A DNA stretch of 64,000 bases, taken from an uncultured Actinomycetes bacterium (lineage in GTDB: Bacteria > Actinomycetota > Actinomycetes > S36-B12). The stretch's first letter is position 1; each line of letters begins with the position of its first letter. The stretch spans positions 909 through 64,908 of the forward strand of contig CAJBZP010000041.1 of the NCBI GenBank assembly GCA_903960135.1, written 5' to 3'. Under the pieces are notes generated by a model that saw nothing but the letters and a program-made list of their open reading frames with translations, was not told the origin of the DNA and did not search any database. Of the stretch, positions 12,520-22,777 are shown piece by piece. The position numbers and the translations under genes were made by a program.

Positions 12520-13371
12520 TCATTTACGCCCCGCCTCGGCGGCCTCGACGACGTTTTGCAGCAGCATCGCGCGCGTCATCGGGCCCACTCCACCTGGCAT
12601 CGGTGCCACATATCCCGCAACATCGAGTACTTCGGGTGCAACATCGCCAACGAGACCTGCCTCGGTACGGGTGATTCCGACATCTAGCACCGCAGCCCCT
12701 GGCTTGACCGAAGCAGCATCAATCAAGTGCGGTACCCCCGCTGCCGCAACGATGATGTCGGCCGAACGCAGATAACTTTTAAGGTCTTTGGTACCCGTAT
12801 GACATAACGTCACCGTGGCATTCTCGCTGCGTCGGGTCAGCAGCAGACCTAGTGGGCGCCCAACTGTTATGCCCCTACCGACGACAACTACCTGGGCACC
12901 GTCAATTGGGACGTCATAGGCGCGAAGTAATGCGACGATGCCGCGCGGCGTGCACGGCAAGGGCGCCGGGATGCCGAGTACCAGCCGACCTAAACTCACC
13001 GGGTGCAAACCGTCAGCATCTTTAGCCGGAGCCATTGACTCAAGTACCCGGTATTCATCAAGATGCTTTGGCAGCGGCAATTGAATGATGTAGCCGGTCA
13101 CCGCCGGGTCGCCGTTGAGCTTGGCGACTTCGGCCTCAACCGCCAACTGGCTGGCGTCAGCGGGCAGGTCAACTCGAATAGATGCGATCCCTACTTCAGC
13201 GCAATCGCGGTGCTTGCCCCCGACATATGCCTGGCTGCCGGGATCAGAACCAACCAGCACCGTGCCGAGTCCCGGGAAAATTCCGTTAATCTTGAGGGCA
13301 TCAACGCGAACCTTGAGATCAGCCTTGACTCGGGCGGCGGTGGCCTTGCCATCAAGCAGGATTGCGGTCAT
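12520..13371 (-). CDS. folD: Bifunctional methylenetetrahydrofolate dehydrogenase / methenyltetrahydrofolate cyclohydrolase
   Basis: 283 aa with the motifs [37 protein letters not shown] and [10 protein letters not shown]. Confidence 0.9.
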   Translation of the reverse strand: MTAILLDGKATAARVKADLKVRVDALKINGIFPGLGTVLVGSDPGSQAYVGGKHRDCAEVGIASIRVDLPADASQLAVEAEVAKLNGDPAVTGYIIQLPLPKHLDEYRVLESMAPAKDADGLHPVSLGRLVLGIPAPLPCTPRGIVALLRAYDVPIDGAQVVVVGRGITVGRPLGLLLTRRSENATVTLCHTGTKDLKSYLRSADIIVAAAGVPHLIDAASVKPGAAVLDVGITRTEAGLVGDVAPEVLDVAGYVAPMPGGVGPMTRAMLLQNVVEAAEAGRK

Positions 13372-13386
13372 AGCCTCAGTCTTTCA

Positions 13387-14337
13387 TCATGGGCCGATAC
13401 GCGGACGCAGCCGCCCTAATGAGCTGGCCGCTACCGCAACAAATGCCAGCAATACGCCCGCCACCAAGTTCCAGCCAATGGTGGTAGTTGCAGTGGGCGC
13501 CACCACATCCAGCAGCAGGGCACCCGATAACTGACCGGCGATGGATACGAGGGCAAATACAAGCACGCCGATGATGGGAACGGTCCAAGCCGCCACCGCG
13601 ATAAAAACCACACCCACTACTCCCCCGGCATAAATCCACCACGGACCGCCGCTAACGACTCCCGGATCAGTGTCCGTCAGGGCCCAGGCTAGGCCGAATG
13701 CCGATGCCAGTAATGCCGTCCCGAAAACGAAGTTATAGAAAGTAGCCGCTAGTGGGCTACCCGCTGCGATGCTGATGCGGCCATTCAATGCCTGCTGGAC
13801 CGCTACACAAAGTCCGGCAATAACCGCCATCGCGACCGCGGCAAGCGCCACGCTACCTGTTGTGAATCGATCAGCGGCCGCGAGAGTGACAGCAAGCACC
13901 GCGAGCACAGCCGACACCACCCGGCCGATGGTGATGGGTTGCCGACCGGCCGGACCAAGGCCAATCCGGTCAACCACCAAGGAGTTGGCACTTTGCCCTG
14001 CCACCACAGCAACCGTGAAGATCGCCACCCCGATCATCGGCACCACAATGCTCTGCACCGCCACGAAAAACCCGCCGATCAGCCCTGCCAATAACTGCCA
14101 CCAATTCAACTCACCTGTTCGAATTGCCATTGGAACTCGGGCGATACCCGACCGAATTGACGGGATGAAAAACAACATTATTGAGATGACGGCTAAGCCC
14201 GACCCGAAACTAATTGCCGCCGACTCAATTCCATTACCTGACAACAGAGTCAATTCGCCGTTCATCCTGGCCTGAACTGCTGCTAATGACCCAGCGAAGA
14301 AGGTGCAAATAGCAGGTAACCAGCGCCCACCAACCAT
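13387..14337 (-). CDS. DMT-superfamily transporter (duplicated YdcZ/DUF606-like)
   Basis: 316 aa with about 10 TM helices and internal two-fold similarity. Its start ATG overlaps the purH stop as TGATG. Confidence 0.55.
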   Translation of the reverse strand: MVGGRWLPAICTFFAGSLAAVQARMNGELTLLSGNGIESAAISFGSGLAVISIMLFFIPSIRSGIARVPMAIRTGELNWWQLLAGLIGGFFVAVQSIVVPMIGVAIFTVAVVAGQSANSLVVDRIGLGPAGRQPITIGRVVSAVLAVLAVTLAAADRFTTGSVALAAVAMAVIAGLCVAVQQALNGRISIAAGSPLAATFYNFVFGTALLASAFGLAWALTDTDPGVVSGGPWWIYAGGVVGVVFIAVAAWTVPIIGVLVFALVSIAGQLSGALLLDVVAPTATTTIGWNLVAGVLLAFVAVAASSLGRLRPRIGP

Positions 14338-15902
14338 CAGTGAAAGAAGTGCCGGGTATCGGTGAAGTACATCGTGATACCGGCCGCCTGCGCCGCGGCA
14401 ATCACTTCGTCATCTCGTACCGAACCGCCAGGTTGCACCACCGCACGCACTCCGGCATCGATCAATACTTGCAGGCCATCGGCGAACGGAAAGAAGGCAT
14501 CCGACGCGGCGACCGCACCCGTTACCCGGTCACCGGCCCGGTCGACGGCAAGCCGGGCAGAGTCAACCCGATTTACCTGTCCCATGCCAATACCTACCGC
14601 CGCCCCACCCGCAGCAAGCAAGATGGCATTGGATTTCACCGACCGCACCGCACGCCAGGCAAACTCCAGATCTCCAAGGATTGACGCTGCTACTGGCGAT
14701 CCCGCGGCTAGCCGCCAATTTGCCGGGTCATCACCGGGCGCAGCAATGTCATCGGTGGATTGCACTAACACGCCGCCACTGATTGAGCGCGTTTCGTAGT
14801 GGCGCCCCGGGTGCGGGCCCGCGACCTGCAAAACCCGCAAGTTCTTCTTCGCAGCTAGCAGCTCCAAAGCGGCCGGCTCGTAATCAGGGGCCACGATCAC
14901 CTCGGTAAAGACATCCCCGAGGGCCACCGCCAAGGCGGCGGTGATCGGGCGGTTGGCCGCAACCACTCCGCCAAAAGCTGATACGGGGTCGGTGGCGAAG
15001 GCCTTCACATAGGCCTCGGCGATATCAGCTCCGACGGCGATCCCGCATGGATTAGCGTGCTTGATGATGGCAATCGCCGGTTCGAGATGATCAAATGCAG
15101 CACGCCTGGCCGCATCAGCATCAACGAAGTTGTTGTATGACATCGCTTTGCCCTGTAATTGTTTGGCATTGGCCAACCCGGGCTCATGTTGATGCGATTG
15201 GTAAACCGCGGCCTGCTGATGCGGGTTCTCGCCATAACGCAGGACTTCACCGCGCGACCAGGAAGCACCCGCCCATTCGGCAAAGCCCTCCGGTGCTGGC
15301 GCGACGGCTTTGCTCAGCCACGAAGCGACCGCGATGTCATAGGTGGCGGTATGGGCAAATGCCTCCGCCGCCAAAGCTGCGCGCTGCTCTAGGGTAAATC
15401 CACCAGCCTCAATTGCCGCGACAACCGCCGAATACTTAAGGGGTGAAACCACAACCGCGACATTTGCGTAGTTCTTGGCCGATGCCCGGACCATGGCCGG
15501 GCCGCCGATGTCGATCTGCTCAATGCACTCGGTGGCACTGGCACCCGATGCAACAGTGTCATTGAATGGGTACAGATTGACCACGACGAGATCAAATGGC
15601 TCGATTCCCAGTGCCTGCAATTCATCACGATGCGAATCGCGCCGCAAATCGGCGAGCAACCCGCCATGGATCATCGGATGCAGTGTCTTCACGCGCCCGT
15701 CCAGGCACTCTGGGAATCCGGTTACGTCACCGACCAAAGTCACCGGGCACCCAGCAGCGGCGATTGTCTTGGCCGTGGATCCGGTCGAGACGATCTCAAC
15801 ACCTGATGCACTTAGCGCCTCGGCCAGATCTACTAGGCCAGTCTTGTCGTAAACCGAGACCAAGGCCCGTCGGATTGCTCGACCTGCTGGATCACTCATC
15901 AA
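14337..15902 (-). CDS. purH: Bifunctional AICAR transformylase / IMP cyclohydrolase
   Basis: 521 aa with [37 protein letters not shown] and GGSVRD motifs. Confidence 0.95.
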   Translation of the reverse strand: MMSDPAGRAIRRALVSVYDKTGLVDLAEALSASGVEIVSTGSTAKTIAAAGCPVTLVGDVTGFPECLDGRVKTLHPMIHGGLLADLRRDSHRDELQALGIEPFDLVVVNLYPFNDTVASGASATECIEQIDIGGPAMVRASAKNYANVAVVVSPLKYSAVVAAIEAGGFTLEQRAALAAEAFAHTATYDIAVASWLSKAVAPAPEGFAEWAGASWSRGEVLRYGENPHQQAAVYQSHQHEPGLANAKQLQGKAMSYNNFVDADAARRAAFDHLEPAIAIIKHANPCGIAVGADIAEAYVKAFATDPVSAFGGVVAANRPITAALAVALGDVFTEVIVAPDYEPAALELLAAKKNLRVLQVAGPHPGRHYETRSISGGVLVQSTDDIAAPGDDPANWRLAAGSPVAASILGDLEFAWRAVRSVKSNAILLAAGGAAVGIGMGQVNRVDSARLAVDRAGDRVTGAVAASDAFFPFADGLQVLIDAGVRAVVQPGGSVRDDEVIAAAQAAGITMYFTDTRHFFH

Positions 15903-16458
15903 TGGCTCCGATCAGTTCTGTTATGACGGATATCAGCAAGGTTCGCTCCGCAACCTTGATGCGCTCGTGCAGGGTCGACTCGTCATCACCCGGCATGATC
16001 GCAACCGGCACCTGCGCGATTATCGGCCCGGTGTCGACCCCGTCATCTAGGTAATGCACGGTGCAACCGGTCTCGGTGACCCCGGCGGCAAGCGCATCGC
16101 GCACCGCGTGCGCCCCGGGGAAACTCGGCAACAAGGCGGGGTGGGTATTGATGATGCGCCCGCTGAATTCGGCGACAAATTCAGGTGCCAGGATCCGCAT
16201 GAAGCCAGCACTCACCACCAGATCCGGATCGTACTCCGCTACCGCGTCCAATATCGCACTGTCCCAGTCGGTGCGCGCCGGAAAACTCGCCGGGTCGACG
16301 GTAAATATCGCGACCCCGCGGTTGGCGGCTCGAACCAGCGCACCCGCGTCGCCACGATCGGATCCCACCGCAACTATGAACTGCCCAAGTGGTGAATCAA
16401 GGAGCGCTTGCAGCAAGGTGCCAGAACCCGAAGCTAGGACGAGAATTCGGGGGGCCAC
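15892..16458 (-). CDS. purN: Phosphoribosylglycinamide formyltransferase
   Basis: 188 aa with [25 protein letters not shown] and [18 protein letters not shown] motifs. It overlaps purH by 11 nt. Confidence 0.9.
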   Translation of the reverse strand: MAPRILVLASGSGTLLQALLDSPLGQFIVAVGSDRGDAGALVRAANRGVAIFTVDPASFPARTDWDSAILDAVAEYDPDLVVSAGFMRILAPEFVAEFSGRIINTHPALLPSFPGAHAVRDALAAGVTETGCTVHYLDDGVDTGPIIAQVPVAIMPGDDESTLHERIKVAERTLLISVITELIGAIDE

Positions 16459-16467
16459 GCCACCACC

Positions 16468-17190
16468 CTAGCGAACTGCCTCGCCGTTGAACTGTCGATA
16501 CATATGCGCCATGAACAAGGTGGCGAAGGGCAGTGTCACCAGCGTCAAGATTCCGTAAAACGCACCACCTACCACGAGCACCAAAGTACTTAACAACGTC
16601 ATTACGATCGCCGGCCCAAGGTTCTTGCTCATCACCTGAGCACTTGCCCTAATGGCTTGGCGTACGCCATAGCCCTTATCAAGTACGTAGAAGGGACCTA
16701 GTTGCAGGAGGAACAAAACAAGGAAACCCGGCACGATGCAGGCGATAAAACCAAGTAGTGACAAGCCGATGTAAGCGATGGTGAAGAGCAGATACTTGCC
16801 TAGGTTCTCGCTCGTAAACATCTCGGCAAAACTTGGCGGCTGCCCTTGGGTGGCCCGGATGCCGGCGCGATAAACCCCGATGGTGGCAAGAAATCCAAGG
16901 ATGGTGAAAATCACCAAGAGCGATACTCCTGTGAAGGCGCCTTCGGCGATGGCAGCTGAGCAGGCATTTATCTGACCGGGGCTTTGCGGGTCCAGGCAGT
17001 CAACCACGATGTTGTTCAGCGGTTGCAAGGCAACCTGCTGGGCCAGTTGAATGACCGCGACCACCGCGGCTAAGGAAACGAAGCCGGCGAAATTTGCCCG
17101 CAGTTTTTGAAATGCCCAAGCCAGTGCCAATCCCACCTGACTGGGCGTTCGTGGCTCATTCGGCGATGCTGGGGAGCTCATCAATTTCAC
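16468..17190 (-). CDS. Integral membrane protein of unknown function
   Basis: 240 aa with 5-6 predicted TM helices and no recognisable catalytic motif. The call rests only on ORF length, codon usage and position within the operon. Confidence 0.45.
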   Translation of the reverse strand: MKLMSSPASPNEPRTPSQVGLALAWAFQKLRANFAGFVSLAAVVAVIQLAQQVALQPLNNIVVDCLDPQSPGQINACSAAIAEGAFTGVSLLVIFTILGFLATIGVYRAGIRATQGQPPSFAEMFTSENLGKYLLFTIAYIGLSLLGFIACIVPGFLVLFLLQLGPFYVLDKGYGVRQAIRASAQVMSKNLGPAIVMTLLSTLVLVVGGAFYGILTLVTLPFATLFMAHMYRQFNGEAVR

Positions 17191-18484
17191 TTTCTGCGGT
17201 TACCGGCTCCGGCAATGAGGCCTTGGGGCGCAGACCAAAAAGTAACACGGTCGCAACTGAACCAATCAGCATCAATGCCAAGGCAATGGTCGCACCCAAG
17301 GCCGGCTTCGGACCAACCTGCACCAGGTTCATGGTGCCCAAGGCGCCACTTGACATGAACAGCAGCAGATAAACCCCAATCGCGGCCAGCAAACTGGCCC
17401 CGGCGGCCAAGCAAATGCGCCGACCTAACCGAAAGCCGCCCTTCGCCACAACTAATCCGATCAAGGTGCCCGCGAATACCCCAATAACCGGCAGTGCCCA
17501 CGCCACGGGGCCAACATCTTGTGGCAAGGCGGCCAGCATCGGAAATGGCGGCAGCTCAACCGGAGCCGAAGTTGCGATAAATGGTGTCAGCGTGACGTCA
17601 GTGCCAATGCTCACCCCGGCACCAAGGCAATAGCTAACTGCCCACATCGCGGCAACCGGCAGGTAGCCGATGCTCAACACTAAGAGCGCGACACCACCTA
17701 GTGGCCCCGGTTCGAGGTACTGCTGAATCCGGATGACTTCACCGAAGTGCACAATAAGTGACAACGCCACCAGGGCCGCACCCATGCCGATTAGCGTCGC
17801 GATGGCGATGACGGCGCCGCGAATTACCACCCGAAGATCGCGCGGTATCGCACTGAGGATCATCGGCCGCATGGAAGACCCGTGCAATACGCCCCATAAC
17901 AAAGCCAATACCGAGATGGCCAAGGCTGCGAGCAGTGCATACTTCGCCGAGGTTCGAGCCCCCGGGACCCGCGCGAGTAAACTCACGACGGTGACTAGCA
18001 CCGTGTAGAGAACCGCGGTGCTACCTGCGACAAGTAGCCAATCTCGCACGGTATCGACCTTCGCCACCCGCCCGGCCCAGCGTCCGGCATAAACCAACAA
18101 GAACACCGGAATGGCCAATAGGCCCCAGGGCAGGAGCGAATAGGTGGCGCCGCCGACTTGAACCGGCACATCGTGGGCCACCACCCAAGCCAGCCCGGCG
18201 GTGCGCAATACCTGCCCCCACCCGGCCGTCGATTGCACCGAGGAGACCCAAGCCGCGAGCACCGGCAATGCGAAGATCGCCCACCCCAAGGCGGCCGCCC
18301 AAATCGCTGCTAGCGGTGCGACAACCCACCAAGCCCGCGCACTTGGGGTGGCACCCGGGGCATTCACGCCCGTAGCGTCGCAGGATTTGGGTTGTCGTTG
18401 GCGGACCGCCACGCAACCACAACTAGATTTTGCCAGGTATGGCTCGTCAACCGTGAATAACCAGCCAAATCGAGGCCACCGCAC
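17156..18484 (-). CDS. Large polytopic membrane protein, possibly PerM-like (DUF6350)
   Basis: 442 aa with about 10 TM helices. Its position between sucCD and purNH parallels mycobacterial perM (Rv0955), and this is the only basis for the family guess. The true start may lie downstream of 18484, since the ORF overlaps the upstream gene by 38 nt. Confidence 0.4.
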   Translation of the reverse strand: MRWPRFGWLFTVDEPYLAKSSCGCVAVRQRQPKSCDATGVNAPGATPSARAWWVVAPLAAIWAAALGWAIFALPVLAAWVSSVQSTAGWGQVLRTAGLAWVVAHDVPVQVGGATYSLLPWGLLAIPVFLLVYAGRWAGRVAKVDTVRDWLLVAGSTAVLYTVLVTVVSLLARVPGARTSAKYALLAALAISVLALLWGVLHGSSMRPMILSAIPRDLRVVIRGAVIAIATLIGMGAALVALSLIVHFGEVIRIQQYLEPGPLGGVALLVLSIGYLPVAAMWAVSYCLGAGVSIGTDVTLTPFIATSAPVELPPFPMLAALPQDVGPVAWALPVIGVFAGTLIGLVVAKGGFRLGRRICLAAGASLLAAIGVYLLLFMSSGALGTMNLVQVGPKPALGATIALALMLIGSVATVLLFGLRPKASLPEPVTAESEIDELPSIAE

Positions 18485-19223
18485 TCAAGCCCAGTGCGAT
18501 CCGGACGAATACCACCTGGCTCATGCGACGAAAGACGAAGGCGCCCGCAAACGCACCAAGGCCAAGTGCTGGCGCGAACCATAAATTGGCGAGCAGGGAG
18601 GCCGGTGTGATCAACCCTAAAGCTAGGACGAATGGCACCTTCAAAACATTAAGGACGAAGAAGAACCAGGTTGAGGTACCCATGAAGACCAACATTGGGA
18701 CCCGCATCCGCACCAGATACGCCGACAGGGCGGCTCCACCAGAATTCGCAGCCATCGTGGTAACACCGGTGACGGTGCCGAACAGCAAGGTGGCCGCCGA
18801 GTTGGTCATCGCCGGTGCGCTCTCGTGCTCGCCGCCTGCACCGCGTTGCCGCCAGATCTCACTCACCACCGACACCAAGATGATCACACCGACCAACCGG
18901 CTAAGTGCGGCGGTATCCAAATAGATGAACATGAGGGCGGTGATTACAAAACCCAGCAATACCCCTGGCACCAATTTACGAATCAAGCGCCAGTTAGCGT
19001 GCTGCCGGTACAGTGCCAAAGCGATGAAGTCACCGGCGATTAGCATTGGAACCACGAACCCCGCCGCAATTGTTGGCGTGAGGGCGAGCACGAGAAGTGG
19101 GCTCGCCAATACTCCCAACACCGGCATCGCGGTCTTAGAAACGCCATAGAAGAAAACCCCGGCGCCGACCAGCGCGATCAGCAGGGGTGTCCAGGCTTCA
19201 GGCACTTGCGATCCGGAATCCAA
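18447..19223 (-). CDS. Sulfite-exporter TauE/SafE family membrane protein
   Basis: 258 aa with about 8 TM helices and a composition typical of TauE/SafE (duplicated 4-TM units, Gly-rich helices). Confidence 0.65.
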   Translation of the reverse strand: MDSGSQVPEAWTPLLIALVGAGVFFYGVSKTAMPVLGVLASPLLVLALTPTIAAGFVVPMLIAGDFIALALYRQHANWRLIRKLVPGVLLGFVITALMFIYLDTAALSRLVGVIILVSVVSEIWRQRGAGGEHESAPAMTNSAATLLFGTVTGVTTMAANSGGAALSAYLVRMRVPMLVFMGTSTWFFFVLNVLKVPFVLALGLITPASLLANLWFAPALGLGAFAGAFVFRRMSQVVFVRIALGLSAVASIWLVIHG

Positions 19224-19256
19224 ATCTCACAACTGGACTCTAGGCCAAATGGGGGC

Positions 19257-20126
19257 CTACCCCTGCATTAGTTCGCGCATTAAGCGCGCGGTTGCCGATG
19301 GGGTCTTGCCAACTTTCACGCCCACGGCCTCGAGCGCCTCCTGCTTAGCGATTGCCGTGCCCGCCGAACCCGAAACAATCGCACCCGCATGCCCCATTGT
19401 CTTGCCCTCGGGGGCCGTGAACCCGGCCACATAGCCGACGACCGGCTTGGTGATGTGCTCGCCAATATAAGCAGCTGCACGTTCTTCGGCATCGCCACCA
19501 ATCTCACCGATCATCACGATGGCATCGGTTTCTGGGTCGTCCTGGAACGCCTGCAGACAGTCAATATGCGTGGTGCCGATGATTGGATCCCCACCGATGC
19601 CAACGCAGGTGGAAAAACCGATATCGCGAAGTTCGTACATCATCTGGTAAGTCAAGGTGCCGGACTTCGAAACCAAGCCAATGCGACCGGCTTTGGTGAT
19701 GTCGGCAGGAATGATGCCAGCGTTCGACTGCCCCGGACTGATGATGCCCGGGCAATTCGGTCCGATAATGCGAGTTGCGCCCGCATTCTGCGAATACTGA
19801 AAGAACTGCGCGGTGTCGTGCACCGGTATGCCTTCGGTGATTACTACCGCCAAAGCGATCTTGGCATCGACCGCCTCAAGCACCGCGGCCTTTGCGAACT
19901 TTGGCGGCACGAACACCACGCTGACGTTGGCCCCGGTGGCCGCCATCGCCGCCTGAACATCATCGAAAATCGGAATACCGTCGACAGCTTGCCCGGCCTT
20001 GCCCGGGGTAACTCCAGCAACAACTCGCGCACCGGAAGCAACCATGCGCCGAGTGTGTTTGGTGCCCTCCGAGCCGGTCATCCCCTGAACGAGGATCAAG
20101 CTGTTGGTATCAAGCCAGATAGCCAT
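19257..20126 (-). CDS. sucD: Succinate--CoA ligase (ADP-forming) subunit alpha
   Basis: 289 aa with [34 protein letters not shown] and the MGHAGAI phospho-His loop. Confidence 0.95.
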   Translation of the reverse strand: MAIWLDTNSLILVQGMTGSEGTKHTRRMVASGARVVAGVTPGKAGQAVDGIPIFDDVQAAMAATGANVSVVFVPPKFAKAAVLEAVDAKIALAVVITEGIPVHDTAQFFQYSQNAGATRIIGPNCPGIISPGQSNAGIIPADITKAGRIGLVSKSGTLTYQMMYELRDIGFSTCVGIGGDPIIGTTHIDCLQAFQDDPETDAIVMIGEIGGDAEERAAAYIGEHITKPVVGYVAGFTAPEGKTMGHAGAIVSGSAGTAIAKQEALEAVGVKVGKTPSATARLMRELMQG

Positions 20127-20138
20127 GTGCGCGCGCCC

Positions 20139-21326
20139 TTACTGTCCGGCCTTGCGGGCAGCTGCCAATTCGGCAACGCGGCGCGCGGCATCATCCATGG
20201 TGTCGACAATTTCAATGAGCGGGTGGTTCGCTTCCGTCAGAATGCGACGACCCTCAACAGCATTGTTACCGTCGATGCGGCAGACAATCGGCTTTGAAAG
20301 TGGTGCACCCTCGGACTTAAGCATTTCAAGAGCCTGCAGCACTCCTTCTGCCACCGCATCACATGAGGTGATCCCACCGAATACGTTTACGAATACTGAT
20401 TGAACTTCCGGATCATTGAGCACGATGTCAAGACCATTGGCCATCACGGTGGCACTTGCGCCCCCACCGATGTCCAAGAAGTTGGCCGGCTTAATGCCGC
20501 CGAACTCCTCGCCCGCATACGCAACGACATCAAGGGTGCTCATCACCAAGCCGGCACCGTTGCCGATAATTCCGACTTCACCGTGCAGTTTCACGTAATT
20601 AAGTTCGAACTCCTTCGCCCGCAGTTCAATCGGGTCAGTGCCTTCGCGATCTACGAAGTCCGCGTGGCTGGCATGACGATAGTTTGCATTGTCATCGAGA
20701 GTGACTTTGCCGTCGAGTGCCAGCACCGTGCCATTTGGTGTCAGCACCAATGGGTTGACTTCAACCAAAGTTGCATCTTCATCGACCATGACATTCCATA
20801 GCTGCACCATGATCGCAATCACTTGATCGCGTACCGCCGGCGGGAAGTTCGCGGCATCAACAATCTCGGTGGCCTTGTGCACATCAACACCGTGAAGTGC
20901 GTCAACACGAATCATCGCGAGGTCCTGCGGGCGGGTCGCTGCAACTTCCTCGATTTCTACACCACCTGCGGTACTCGCCATGGCGAGGAATGCGCGATTG
21001 GCCCGATCAAGTAGAAATGAGACGTAGTACTCCTCAGCGATATCAGAAGCTTCGGCAACAAGAACCCGATGCACCGTATGACCTTTAATATCCATGCCCA
21101 GGATTGCGGTTGCGACCGCAGCCGCCTCATCGGGGGTCTGCGCCAGCTTGACGCCGCCGGCCTTGCCGCGCCCGCCGGTCTTGACCTGGGCCTTGACCAC
21201 CACCTGCCCACCGATCTTGCGGGCTACCTCGTGGGCGGCGGCTGCGGTCGAGCACACCTCACCCGGGGTGCCTGGGATCTGATGCTTGCGGAAAAGGTGC
21301 TTGGCCTGATACTCGTACAGATCCAC
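20139..21326 (-). CDS. sucC: Succinate--CoA ligase (ADP-forming) subunit beta
   Basis: 395 aa with [30 protein letters not shown] and [12 protein letters not shown] motifs. Confidence 0.95.
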   Translation of the reverse strand: MDLYEYQAKHLFRKHQIPGTPGEVCSTAAAAHEVARKIGGQVVVKAQVKTGGRGKAGGVKLAQTPDEAAAVATAILGMDIKGHTVHRVLVAEASDIAEEYYVSFLLDRANRAFLAMASTAGGVEIEEVAATRPQDLAMIRVDALHGVDVHKATEIVDAANFPPAVRDQVIAIMVQLWNVMVDEDATLVEVNPLVLTPNGTVLALDGKVTLDDNANYRHASHADFVDREGTDPIELRAKEFELNYVKLHGEVGIIGNGAGLVMSTLDVVAYAGEEFGGIKPANFLDIGGGASATVMANGLDIVLNDPEVQSVFVNVFGGITSCDAVAEGVLQALEMLKSEGAPLSKPIVCRIDGNNAVEGRRILTEANHPLIEIVDTMDDAARRVAELAAARKAGQ

Positions 21327-21394
21327 TTAGACTCCTTCAGGCGTTTAACAAGTTGCAGATCGCTGGAAACCAGTGCGCCCGAGCCTAGTGATGA

Positions 21395-21811
21395 TCAGTT
21401 GCCAGCGGTAACCGCACGGCTGTGATCTTCGACCCACTCGACGATAGACATGGTGGTGGCTCCCGGGGTAAAGATTTTGGCCACTCCGAGGGCTTCCAGC
21501 TCCACGATGTCGTCCTCAGGGATGATGCCGCCGCCAAATACGATGATGTCGTCCGCTTTGCGGGAGCGCAGGAGATCCATGACTTCGGCAAACAAGGTCA
21601 GGTGTGCCCCCGAGAGGATGGACAGGCCAATGAAGTCCACATCTTCTTGGACCGCTGCGTCAACTACCTGGGCTGGTGTTTGATGGAGGCCGGTGTAAAT
21701 GACCTCGATCCCGGCATCACGTAGTGCACGAGCGACTACCTTGGCACCTCGGTCGTGACCGTCGAGGCCCGGCTTGGCCACCAGCACCCGAATTGGACCC
21801 GCCATTACCAA
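21395..21811 (-). CDS. Stand-alone cobalamin-binding small subunit of a split acyl-CoA mutase
   Basis: 138 aa. [34 protein letters not shown] contains the DxHxxG base-off/His-on motif, followed by GLSILSGAH and VFGGGIIP. Confidence 0.85.
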   Translation of the reverse strand: MVMAGPIRVLVAKPGLDGHDRGAKVVARALRDAGIEVIYTGLHQTPAQVVDAAVQEDVDFIGLSILSGAHLTLFAEVMDLLRSRKADDIIVFGGGIIPEDDIVELEALGVAKIFTPGATTMSIVEWVEDHSRAVTAGN

Positions 21812-21835
21812 CTCCTTTTCCGGTGTTGCCAGATC

Positions 21836-21849
21836 TCGACGACCGTCGA
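21836..21849. promoter_or_regulatory. Inverted repeat overlapping a putative paaX -35 (candidate operator)
   Basis: TCGACG-AC-CGTCGA has perfect 6-bp arms. A TATAAAT -10-like element lies at 21858..21864. The site is in the 108-bp region between the divergent B12-subunit and paaX genes. Confidence 0.4.
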
Positions 21850-21919
21850 AAGTACACTATAAATCGCTGGTCGACCGGGCCGGCACCGACCCGGTTTTAA
21901 CTAGCCTAGGAGGCGGCAG

Positions 21920-22777
21920 GTGGCTAGCCCGCGCGACCTGCGCCCGCAATCACTGATCATCTCCATCTTCGGGGCATACGGGCGCAGTATCGGTGGCTGG
22001 CTCTCAGTTAGCTCACTTATCTCCTTGCTCAACGATGTCGGGGTCGATGACCCAGCCGTGCGCAGTGCACTATCGCGGTTCAAGCGCCGCGGTATTTTGC
22101 TTTCGGAGAAACACGGCGCAGTTGCCGGTTATGCACTCAGTGAATCAACCTGGCGCACCTTTGATGTCGGTGATGCGCGGGTACTTCAGCGCCGCACCCC
22201 GCCCCAGAACGCTGGCTGGGTGCTAGCGGCTTTCTCTATCCCGGAGAGCAAGCGCGATGTGCGCTATCGCTTGCGCTCGCGGTTAGCCAAAGTCGGGTTT
22301 GCGCAGGTGGTAGGCGGCCTGTGGGTCGCGCCAAAGGCCCTGGAGGCAGACGCACTGTACGTAGTCGAAGCATTGGGCCTGCAAGAGCATGTCGACATCT
22401 TCAATGCCGAGCACATGGCATTTCGAACTACAGCAGGTGCCGTAAACCAGTGGTGGGACCTACCGGCAATCGCCCGTGAATACGAGTCTTTCACCAAAGA
22501 CTTCAAAAGCCTGCGCGTGACATATGACCGGGCGAAAAAGCCACCTACCCCGGCAAGCGCCTTCGCCGACTACACCAGGGCCCTGACGGCTTGGCGACCA
22601 CTGCCCTACAACGACCCGGGATTGCCTCGTGATTACCTGCCAAAAGTTTGGCCAGGTGACCAAGCCACGGAGCTCTTCTACGCACTCCATGACCAGCTGG
22701 CGCACCTAGCCCAGCAGCATGTGGTCGATGTGGTCGATGGCTTCAGTGACGAAAGTGCAAATTCTAAAACGTCGTAG
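21920..22777 (+). CDS. paaX: PaaX-family transcriptional repressor
   Basis: 285 aa. The N-terminal SLIISIFGAYGR...WLSVSSLISLLNDVGVDDPAVRSALSRFKRRGIL (winged-helix PaaX_N) and the C-terminal PaaX_C-like region are recognisable. It has a GTG start preceded by GGAGG (21909..21913). Its 3' end overlaps the convergent mutase gene by 14 nt. Confidence 0.8.
   Translation: MASPRDLRPQSLIISIFGAYGRSIGGWLSVSSLISLLNDVGVDDPAVRSALSRFKRRGILLSEKHGAVAGYALSESTWRTFDVGDARVLQRRTPPQNAGWVLAAFSIPESKRDVRYRLRSRLAKVGFAQVVGGLWVAPKALEADALYVVEALGLQEHVDIFNAEHMAFRTTAGAVNQWWDLPAIAREYESFTKDFKSLRVTYDRAKKPPTPASAFADYTRALTAWRPLPYNDPGLPRDYLPKVWPGDQATELFYALHDQLAHLAQQHVVDVVDGFSDESANSKTS

Noticed and set aside
19241-19259. Short hairpin TAGGCC-N7-GGCCTA at the sucD stop codon
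   Set aside because: The stem is only 6 bp, there is no U-tract, and it overlaps the stop codon. This is too weak to call as a terminator.
19389-20297. 302-aa plus-strand ORF
   Set aside because: It is antisense to sucD/sucC and contains no motifs. The same reasoning applies to the other long antisense ORFs in the track, for example 694..1365, 12121..12687, 26883..27521, 28827..29603, 40149..40844, 48756..49466 and 51321..52016.
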